Assembly: GCA_964431315.1 (NCBI GenBank)
Contig: CAYSJH010000020.1
Span: forward strand, 1,226-65,225
From: an uncultured Bacteroides sp.
Lineage (GTDB): Bacteria > Bacteroidota > Bacteroidia > Bacteroidales > SM23-62
Direction: 5' to 3'
DNA: 64,000 nt
Position numbers and translations under genes: made by a program. Below, piece by piece: positions 10,539 to 17,469 of this stretch. The notes under the pieces are model-generated. The model was given only the letters and a program-made list of their open reading frames with translations. It was not told where the DNA came from and searched no databases. Every line of letters starts with the position of its first letter. Within the stretch, counting starts at the first letter, position 1.

Positions 10539-10546
10539 CAAACATA
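10539..10546 (-). promoter_or_regulatory. candidate Bacteroidota -7 promoter box (TATGTTTG = TAnnTTTG) for the apr-qmo operon
   Basis: Minus-strand TATGTTTG about 25 nt upstream of the aprB ATG at 10514. Matches the Bacteroides-type -7 consensus TAnnTTTG. I saw no clear -33 TTTG. Confidence 0.45.
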
Positions 10547-10583
10547 ACCAAATCTGGGGATTTATCCGTATGATTTTTGGCAG

Positions 10584-10619
10584 ATGCCCCGGTCAGAATA
10601 TGGAATGCCCCGCTCAGAA
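10584..10619. repeat. two 16-bp direct repeats (ATGCCCCGGTCAGAAT / ATGCCCCGCTCAGAAT), 20-bp period, upstream of aprB
   Basis: Read directly: 10584-10599 and 10604-10619, 15 of 16 identical. About 70-105 nt upstream of the aprB start. Overlaps the last codons and stop of the upstream 151-aa ORF. Confidence 0.7.
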
Positions 10620-11069
10620 TCCGATCATCCAGAGGATCCGGTCCTCATCGATGCAGAAATCGACAAGTTCCAGGATTTCCCTGCTCACGCTGACGAGTTG
10701 TTTGTGGTACTGTGTCCAGTGATCGGTCCAGTTTTTATCCGAACTGACCAGGGCAAGCAGGAATTCCTTGCCGAGCACCTTTCCTGTAATAAAATTCTGA
10801 AAATCAGATAGTTTTTTGATCTGCTCAAGCCTGGCAAGTTGGGTCAGCAGGTTGTTCCGCAGGGGGATTATAAACCGTGTGTTATACCTGGTTGGAACGT
10901 AGTAATCATAAAGCTGGTTGGCCTTCTCGAAACACTGGGTGAAAAGGTTGAAAACCACGGCATCCATGTAGCGCGATTCAGGATCGCATTTGTTATAGGT
11001 TTCTTCCGTGCCGGTAATGTTGAGCTCGACGAAATTCAGATCCTTGTAATGGTAGAGTGCTAACTTCAT
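10614..11069 (-). CDS. hypothetical protein (151 aa), same strand and immediately upstream of aprB
   Basis: Clean ORF with ATG start. No recognisable motifs. Looks slightly more AT-rich than its neighbours. Confidence 0.5.
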   Translation of the reverse strand: MKLALYHYKDLNFVELNITGTEETYNKCDPESRYMDAVVFNLFTQCFEKANQLYDYYVPTRYNTRFIIPLRNNLLTQLARLEQIKKLSDFQNFITGKVLGKEFLLALVSSDKNWTDHWTQYHKQLVSVSREILELVDFCIDEDRILWMIGF

Positions 11070-11163
11070 GATGATAATCCTGATCGGAGCTAAGTTATAA
11101 ATTTTGTTTAAAAAGTTGCCTGATTTTTTACTTACTTTTATCCCGGAAAATCAGCAAAGCGTG

Positions 11164-12666
11164 ATGAAAAAGATCATAGGGGGGCTTTTTGAACAAACTT
11201 TCGGTTGTCCCGCCACAAGGTTTGAAACACTGCCGGGGGCGGGATCTCATCGCAGGTATTTCAGGCTGGAAGGGAAGGGCAATAGATGCATTGCTGTATA
11301 CAGTCCGGATCCGCTTGAGACCAGGGCCTTTCTTGATTTTACAAGGCATTTCGGGCAACTCGGGCTTCATGTTCCGCAACTGCTGGCGGAGGATTCCGGC
11401 AGGGGAATTTACCTTCTTCAGGATATGGGGGACCGGACCCTTAAGGATGAAGTTGACCGCAGCAGGAGGGATGGGGACTTCCCCGAACGGATACCCCCTT
11501 TATACCGGCAGGCTCTCATGCATTTGCTGAGGTTCCAGGTGGAGGGGCACGCGGGACTGAACTATTCCGTCTGCGTGCCCCGGCCGGAGTTCGACCGGCA
11601 GTCGATGATGTGGGACCTTAACCATTTCAAGTATTATTTCCTCAAACTGCTCGGAATACCCTTCGACGAACAGGCCCTGGAAGATGATTTCGGAACCTTT
11701 ACCGGTTTCCTCACCGGCGCTGAATCAAAATTCTTCCTGTACAGGGATTTTCAGTCCCGCAACATTATGATCCTTGATAATGATCTTTATTTTATTGATT
11801 ATCAAGGGGGAAGGAAAGGGGCACTGCAATATGACCTGGCTTCGATCCTGTTCGAGGCACGGGTCGACCTGCCACCCAGCATGCGGGATGAAATGCTGGA
11901 ATTTTACCTGGAACAGCTTCAGGATAAAACAGGCATCCGGCCATGGGAATTTAAAAAACATTACTGGGGTTTTGTACTGGTCCGCATCCTTCAGGCCATG
12001 GGGGCATACGGCATCCGGGGCATCGTTGAGAACAAGCCCCTTTTCCTGCAAAGCATTCCTTTCGGGATCAGGAACATCGGCTGGCTGCTGGATAACTCAC
12101 TCATCCCCGACAAACTGCCCGAGCTGACGGCCTGCCTTCACAGGATCTGCAGCCTGGAAGAATGGAAGCAGGGCGTGGGACCTGAAAAGAAGGAAGGGTA
12201 TAATAAAACTGGAAAACCGGGAAAAACGAAAAAACCGGGAAAAACGGGAGGATTTAAGGAGCAGGATAGACCTGGAGAGCTCCGGGTCCTGATAAACAGC
12301 TTCTCCTATAAAAGGGGATTGCCGAGGGACCTCAGCGGGAACGGCGGTGGATTCGTGTTTGACTGCAGGGCCCTTCCCAATCCGGGCGGGGAAGAGAAAT
12401 ACCGTTCCTTCACGGGACTCGACAGGGAAGTGATGGATTTCCTGGAAGGGAAAGATGAGGTGCGTGTTTTCCTCGACAGGGCCTTCTCACTGGTGGAACA
12501 GTCCGTTGCAGAGTACCGCTCCCGGGAATTTGACCGCCTGATGGTCAGCTTCGGGTGTACAGGCGGCCAGCACCGCTCGGTTTATTGCGCCGAGCGGTTG
12601 CAGGAGTTACTCCGGGACAGGCTGAATGTTAAAACTTTGCTGGTACACAGGGAGCTTGAAATATAA
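11164..12666 (+). CDS. fusion protein: AmgK-like anomeric sugar kinase (APH/phosphotransferase fold) plus RapZ C-terminal-like domain
   Basis: The N-terminal ~340 aa have AmgK/APH hallmarks (GSHRRYFRL, DFQSRNIMI, IDYQGG). A Lys/Gly/Pro linker follows (TGKPGKTKKPGKTGG). The C-terminal ~125 aa match the RapZ C-domain pattern (LINSFSYKRGLP...FVFDCRALPNPG...TGLD...VSFGCTGGQHRSVYCAERL). The track start is TTG 11104; ATG 11164 is preferred. Confidence 0.75.
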   Translation: MKKIIGGLFEQTFGCPATRFETLPGAGSHRRYFRLEGKGNRCIAVYSPDPLETRAFLDFTRHFGQLGLHVPQLLAEDSGRGIYLLQDMGDRTLKDEVDRSRRDGDFPERIPPLYRQALMHLLRFQVEGHAGLNYSVCVPRPEFDRQSMMWDLNHFKYYFLKLLGIPFDEQALEDDFGTFTGFLTGAESKFFLYRDFQSRNIMILDNDLYFIDYQGGRKGALQYDLASILFEARVDLPPSMRDEMLEFYLEQLQDKTGIRPWEFKKHYWGFVLVRILQAMGAYGIRGIVENKPLFLQSIPFGIRNIGWLLDNSLIPDKLPELTACLHRICSLEEWKQGVGPEKKEGYNKTGKPGKTKKPGKTGGFKEQDRPGELRVLINSFSYKRGLPRDLSGNGGGFVFDCRALPNPGGEEKYRSFTGLDREVMDFLEGKDEVRVFLDRAFSLVEQSVAEYRSREFDRLMVSFGCTGGQHRSVYCAERLQELLRDRLNVKTLLVHRELEI

Positions 12667-12795
12667 AAGCATGGGAAAGACAATGTTCGAGGCAGGGAAA
12701 CCCGCCAGCTACGAATGCAGGAAGTGCAGTACGAGGGTGAAGAAAAAGGACTGGGTCTGCAAACCGTTTAAACTCTGAGTAATCCGGAACAATCC

Positions 12796-13515
12796 ATGAA
12801 AGCAATGATACTTGCAGCGGGCCTGGGTACCCGGCTCCGGCCGCTTACCAACGACCTGCCGAAAGCGCTGGTCCCTTTCAAAGGGGTACCACTCGTCGAG
12901 AGGATCATACGGAACCTTGCATACGCCGGGATTGATCACATCATTGTCAACGTCCATCACCATGCCGAACGGGTGATCGATTTCATCCGTCATCTGGATG
13001 TCCCGGGCACCAGCCTGTACATTTCGGATGAACGTGAAATGCTTATGGATACCGGTGGTGCCCTGCTTAAAGCCAGGGAGTTTTTCACAGGGGAGGAAGA
13101 TTTCCTTGTGCATAATGTGGATGTCATAACCAACCTGGATATTTCTGCTCTTATCCTGGCCCACAGGGGAGGAGATTCCATGGCGACAATCGCCGTTAAG
13201 AAAAGGCCTACCTCCCGGTCCCTCCTTTTCGATAACGAGGGATATCTTTCCGGCTGGAGGCAGAATGAGACCGGGGAGGTCAGGATCGTCCGGAAGAAAG
13301 CGGGGGCCCTGGAAGACTACGGGAACAGCTGCGTCCAGGTAATCAGCCGTGAATTCTTCTCGCACTATCCCGATACCCGGGTCTTAAACCTGACGGAAAT
13401 GTATCTCGACCTTGCCGTAAAATACCTGATACAGCCCTTTATCCATAATGAGGATTACTGGTACGACCTTGGCCGGTATGAGAACTATCTAAAAGCAGAC
13501 AAGGAAGTCTTTTAA
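12796..13515 (+). CDS. murU: MurNAc-alpha-1-phosphate uridylyltransferase-like nucleotidyltransferase
   Basis: N-terminus MKAMILAAGLGTRLRPLTNDLPKALVPF is the sugar-1-P nucleotidyltransferase signature. Lies downstream of an AmgK-like kinase, as in the amgK-murU recycling pair. Confidence 0.7.
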   Translation: MKAMILAAGLGTRLRPLTNDLPKALVPFKGVPLVERIIRNLAYAGIDHIIVNVHHHAERVIDFIRHLDVPGTSLYISDEREMLMDTGGALLKAREFFTGEEDFLVHNVDVITNLDISALILAHRGGDSMATIAVKKRPTSRSLLFDNEGYLSGWRQNETGEVRIVRKKAGALEDYGNSCVQVISREFFSHYPDTRVLNLTEMYLDLAVKYLIQPFIHNEDYWYDLGRYENYLKADKEVF

Positions 13516-13693
13516 TTTCTGCATAATTTGAGTATTTTCGCACCCTGATGTGCAGGATCCCGGAAAGCTTCTTCAGGATGGTTCCAGGTCCTGCAGGAAT
13601 CCTCCGGATAGATAGGTCAGGATTGAAAAGGATCCTGGAGGATTCAGGCTTGAGCAGAAGCACCGTGGTTATGTATTTGATGAATTCATAATT

Positions 13694-15076
13694 GTGACAG
13701 CAAAACAGTCGGTTCTTTTTTCGAGAGTTGTAGGTCCCTTTCAGAGGTTCTCCAGGATTGAAGCAGCCAGCGGGATTCTTCTGATCATTGCCACGGCAGT
13801 CGCCATGTTTTGGGCCAACTCCGGTTTTTCGGATGCCTATCACAGGATCGTGAACTGGGAACTGACCGTTCAGGTGGGACAGGTATTCAAGCTTTCAAAA
13901 CCTCTGATCCTGTGGATTAACGATGGATTGATGGCTATTTTCTTTTTCGTGGTGGGACTTGAAATCAAGAGGGAGATCCTCATCGGTGAACTGTCGACAT
14001 TCAGGCAGGCATCACTGCCCATTTTTGCAGCCATCGGCGGAATGCTCGTACCGGCACTGATCTTCGTTACCCTCCAGGGTGACCACCCGGGTAAGGAGGG
14101 CTGGGGCATACCTATGGCGACCGATATTGCCTTCTCACTGGGGATACTGAGCCTGCTCGGGAAGCGCGTTCCCCTCTCCCTGAAAGTATTTCTTGCGGCA
14201 TTTGCCATCGTTGATGACCTTGGCGCCGTTGTGGTCATTGCAGCATTCTACAGTGAGTCGATCGGATGGAACTATTTGCTGACCGCCCTGGTGCTTTTCA
14301 TACTACTGGCCGCATCCTTGAGGGCAGGGATGAGGAGCGGTACGGTATTCGTGGTAGTCGGCGCATTTATCTGGTATTATGTTCTTAAATCCGGATTGCA
14401 CCCTACCATTGCCGGGGTCATGCTTGCCTTTATTGTACCTGTAAGGAGGACGATCAAGCTTGACGTTTTCAACCGGATCATGAAAACAAATCTCGCTCCT
14501 TTCGCCATCTCCGGACAGGAAGACTCGAAACCGGGAAAATCCGGTCCGGGAGATTCCGGATCGGGTGACAGTCTGCTGCTTAACAAGGAACAATTGCATG
14601 CACTTGATAACATTGAAACATATGTTGAAAAGGTACACAGTCCCCTTCAATACCTCGAGCATAAAATGCATGCGATCACATCCTATTTTGTAATGCCGGT
14701 TTTTGCGCTGGCAAACGCCGGAATACTGCTCAGCGCACCGGCAGGTGAACCCTTAGTAGGCCGGCTTTCGCTCAACATTGCCCTGGCCCTGCTGGCAGGG
14801 AAGGTGATCGGCATCATGCTGCTGTCCTGGATAGGGGTTAAACTTAAAATTACCGATCTTCCAGAAGGTACCGGCTGGGTTCAATTGGTCGGACTGGGAT
14901 TTCTGGGTGGAATCGGATTTACCATGTCAATGTTCATCAGCAGCCTTGCTTACGGGAATGAGGGCATGCTCAACCACGCAAAGATCGGGATCCTGATCGG
15001 TTCACTGCTGGCAGGAGTAACGGGCTACCTCATTCTGTACAGGACCCTGAAACCGGTCCCGTCGCCTGAAGAATAG
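13694..15076 (+). CDS. nhaA: Na+/H+ antiporter NhaA
   Basis: FFFVVGLEIKRE and AIVDDLGAVVVIA (the paired Asp motif), with multiple TM helices. GTG start. Contains a Gly/Ser/Pro-rich loop insert (KPGKSGPGDSGSGDS, about 14515-14572). Confidence 0.88.
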   Translation: MTAKQSVLFSRVVGPFQRFSRIEAASGILLIIATAVAMFWANSGFSDAYHRIVNWELTVQVGQVFKLSKPLILWINDGLMAIFFFVVGLEIKREILIGELSTFRQASLPIFAAIGGMLVPALIFVTLQGDHPGKEGWGIPMATDIAFSLGILSLLGKRVPLSLKVFLAAFAIVDDLGAVVVIAAFYSESIGWNYLLTALVLFILLAASLRAGMRSGTVFVVVGAFIWYYVLKSGLHPTIAGVMLAFIVPVRRTIKLDVFNRIMKTNLAPFAISGQEDSKPGKSGPGDSGSGDSLLLNKEQLHALDNIETYVEKVHSPLQYLEHKMHAITSYFVMPVFALANAGILLSAPAGEPLVGRLSLNIALALLAGKVIGIMLLSWIGVKLKITDLPEGTGWVQLVGLGFLGGIGFTMSMFISSLAYGNEGMLNHAKIGILIGSLLAGVTGYLILYRTLKPVPSPEE

Positions 15077-15241
15077 GATCATGTCCGGGGCTGCCTGGGA
15101 GGCAAGAATAGGCTGAAGGTTCAGCATGCATGAAGGAATAAAGTGAAAACCGGGCAGGAACGGATTGAACCGGACAGGAAAAAGTTGAATGCAGGATTTG
15201 AACAGGTTGGAGACCGGACACGAAGTAAAAACTTACTGAAA

Positions 15242-15949
15242 ATGAAAGAACATCTGATCGAGCAGCTAAATAAAAAATGGGAAGGGAAGCCACCGGAGGA
15301 GGTCCTTGGCTATTTCCTTAAGGAATACAAGGGAAAGATCATCCTTGCCTCAAGCATGGGTGCAGAAGACCAGGTACTTACCAGGATGGTCGCGGATGCG
15401 GACCGGGACACCCGGATCTTCACGCTGGATACGGGCAGGTTGTTCCAGGAGACCTACGACCTCATACAGCGGACCAACGAAGAGTACGGCCTTAACATCG
15501 AGGTTTATTTTCCCGATTCCGGACAGGTGCAGGACATGGTGGCCAGCAAGGGGATCAATCTGTTTTACAGAAGCATCGGGAACCGTAAATTGTGCTGCGA
15601 TGTTCGTAAGAACCAGTCCCTCAAACGCGCCCTCGCCGGCATGGCAATGTGGATATGCGGGCTCAGGAAGGACCAGACCGTAACCCGTTTCTACAATAAG
15701 CTGGTAGAATGGGATGAGAAACACAGGCTTATGAAGCTTAATCCCCTGATAAACTGGACGGAAAAACAGGTCTGGCAGTACATCAGGGAACATGATATCC
15801 CTTACAATGTGCTGCATGACAGGGGATATCCGAGCATTGGCTGCAAACCCTGCACCCGAGCCGTCCAGCCGGGGGAGGATTCAAGGGCCGGCAGGTGGTG
15901 GTGGGAGAATGCGGAAAACAAGGAATGCGGCCTTCACAACAGCGAGTAA
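15242..15949 (+). CDS. cysH: assimilatory adenylylsulfate/phosphoadenylylsulfate reductase, thioredoxin-dependent, Fe-S-cluster type
   Basis: CysH family with CC...CxxC cluster ligands (RKLCCDVRK, SIGCKPCT) and a C-terminal ECGLH motif. The track start at 15143 adds 33 aa with no family resemblance, so ATG 15242 (MKEHLIEQL) is preferred. Confidence 0.85.
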   Translation: MKEHLIEQLNKKWEGKPPEEVLGYFLKEYKGKIILASSMGAEDQVLTRMVADADRDTRIFTLDTGRLFQETYDLIQRTNEEYGLNIEVYFPDSGQVQDMVASKGINLFYRSIGNRKLCCDVRKNQSLKRALAGMAMWICGLRKDQTVTRFYNKLVEWDEKHRLMKLNPLINWTEKQVWQYIREHDIPYNVLHDRGYPSIGCKPCTRAVQPGEDSRAGRWWWENAENKECGLHNSE

Positions 15950-16031
15950 CCCTCGCGGGAACACGACTCCACGGAAATAAGCAAGCCTGGAAAGGGGATC
16001 CCTGACCCCGGACTTCGGTCAGAAACCTCTG

Positions 16032-17207
16032 CTATTCTATCACGCCGGATCCGATCACTTCATCGCCCTGGTACCAGGCTGCAAACTGGCCGGGGGTAAT
16101 ACCGCGCTGCTGCCTGTCAAATATTACATACATCCGGTCTTTTCCCATGTGCAGGGTCCCCTTTTGAAGGGGCTGACGGTATCGGATGCGAAGCGAGTAT
16201 TCCCTCGCTTCACCGGGCATCATCCTCAGGTCCTCCCTGACCCAGTGTACGTCCATGGTCCTGATGGAGAGGCCTTTCCGGAAGAGACCCGGATGGTTTT
16301 TCCCTTCCCCCGTATAAATGATGTTTTTTTCCGTATCTGTCCCGATGATGAAAAGCGGTTCCTTCTTCCCCCCGATACTCAGACCTTTTCGCTGTCCGAT
16401 GGTATAAAAATGGGCGCCATTGTGCGTTCCAATCACAATTCCGTCACCCGGCTGGTAATGCCATGGCCGGGACAGGTATTCCGGGTCAGACCGGTCCGGG
16501 TCGAACTCCAGGTATCCTGCAAACCTTCTCGGGATCTCGATGACCTCTCCCTTAACAGGTTTCAGCTGCTGCTGGAGGAAGGTCGGCAGGTCCACCTTGC
16601 CGATGAAGCAAATGCCCTGTGAATCCTTCTTGCCTGCTGTAGGGAGTCCCTGCTCCGCAGCGATCCGGCGCACCTTTTCCTTGGGCAGGTCACCGATGGG
16701 GAACAGGATCCTGGAAAGCTGTTCCTGGTTCAGCTGGCACAGGAAATAGCTCTGTTCCTTGTTGGGATCGAGTCCCGCCAGCAAACGATAGGTGGTCTGC
16801 CCGTCATTTTGCAGACTGTCCTTCCGGCAATAGTGCCCCGTTGCCACATAATCGGCCCGGTATTTTTCGGCGACCCTGAAGAATTCGTCGAATTTGATCT
16901 CCCTGTTGCACAGCACATCAGGGTTCGGCGTACGGCCATGCTCGTACTCATGGAACATGTAGTCGATCACCCTTTTTTTATACTCCTTGCTCAGGTCGGC
17001 ACTGTGAAATTCGATTCCGAGCTTCTTTGCCACCAGCTGGGCGAAGACCAGGTCGTCTTTCCACGGACAGTCGCCTTCCAGTGTGCCGGTCTTGTCATGC
17101 CAGTTGATCATGAAAATACCGATCACTTCATATCCCTGTTCCTTCAGGAGATATGCAGCAACGCTTGAATCCACACCGCCGGAAAGTCCGACTACTACTC
17201 TTTTCAT
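16032..17207 (-). CDS. mnmA: tRNA 2-thiouridine(34) synthase
   Basis: PP-loop VVGLSGGVDSSVAAYLL and full-length MnmA-like sequence. ATG 17207 (MKRVVVG) is preferred over 17237. Confidence 0.9.
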   Translation of the reverse strand: MKRVVVGLSGGVDSSVAAYLLKEQGYEVIGIFMINWHDKTGTLEGDCPWKDDLVFAQLVAKKLGIEFHSADLSKEYKKRVIDYMFHEYEHGRTPNPDVLCNREIKFDEFFRVAEKYRADYVATGHYCRKDSLQNDGQTTYRLLAGLDPNKEQSYFLCQLNQEQLSRILFPIGDLPKEKVRRIAAEQGLPTAGKKDSQGICFIGKVDLPTFLQQQLKPVKGEVIEIPRRFAGYLEFDPDRSDPEYLSRPWHYQPGDGIVIGTHNGAHFYTIGQRKGLSIGGKKEPLFIIGTDTEKNIIYTGEGKNHPGLFRKGLSIRTMDVHWVREDLRMMPGEAREYSLRIRYRQPLQKGTLHMGKDRMYVIFDRQQRGITPGQFAAWYQGDEVIGSGVIE

Positions 17208-17362
17208 TTGCTCATCAAAGTCTGGTCCCCGGTGCACGCCCCGTCACAAAGAGTCCGGGGAATGCCGGTAAAAGGGATCAAAGGCATGCCCGGGTTCAAT
17301 TCCATCATACCGGATGTTTTCATCCAGGCTGCAAAATTAATGAAATGAACCGGATAAACCGA

Positions 17363-17469
17363 AGGATGACAGGGATCGGAATCAATCGTGTTCGGATTCG
17401 GTGTCAGGATGTAATGCCATGATGCGGTTTTCCCCAGGATGACAGGGATTGGGATCAATCGTGTTCGAT
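17363..17469. repeat. ~34-bp direct repeat pair duplicating the 3' end, stop codon and start of the 3' UTR of the LRR gene
   Basis: 17363-17396 (aggatgacagggatcggaatcaatcgtgttcgga) versus 17436-17469 (aggatgacagggattgggatcaatcgtgttcgat). Offset between copies is 73 bp. The second copy contains the real stop of the 670-aa ORF. Confidence 0.75.

Noticed and set aside
10515-10541. 5' extensions proposed by the ORF track: aprB 10541, qmoA 8152, cysH 15143, mnmA 17237, trmD 32975, the TPR gene 40086, FKBP 42913, MFS 47381, blc 52967, DUF1080 61394, and the BepA-like gene 23184
   Set aside because: In each case the extension adds residues unlike the family N-terminus, overlaps the neighbouring gene or a promoter box, or precedes an obvious signal peptide or conserved N-terminal motif that begins at an internal ATG.
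12190-12260. Gly/Ser/Lys/Pro-rich low-complexity inserts recurring in three unrelated proteins (the AmgK-RapZ linker here, the NhaA loop at about 14515-14572, and the aconitase linker at about 48745-48885) as a possible shared mobile module
   Set aside because: The DNA sequences of the three segments are not similar to each other. They look like independent flexible linkers or loops rather than a common inserted element.
13596-13645. 9-bp stem (gaatcctcc/ggaggattc) with a 31-nt loop in the nhaA 5' leader as a regulatory RNA structure
   Set aside because: This is a single modest stem with no recognisable riboswitch or attenuator features. It cannot be distinguished from chance without covariation data.
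15077-15241. Possible SAM or other sulfur-responsive riboswitch in the 165-nt region upstream of cysH
   Set aside because: I could not find the conserved SAM-I, SAM-II or SAM-SAH core sequences or a convincing multi-stem structure by eye. A covariance-model scan would be needed to settle it.
16002-16022. Hairpin ctgacc-N9-ggtcag between convergent cysH and mnmA as a bidirectional terminator
   Set aside because: It has only a 6-bp stem with a 9-nt loop and no flanking T or A tract, which is too weak to call.
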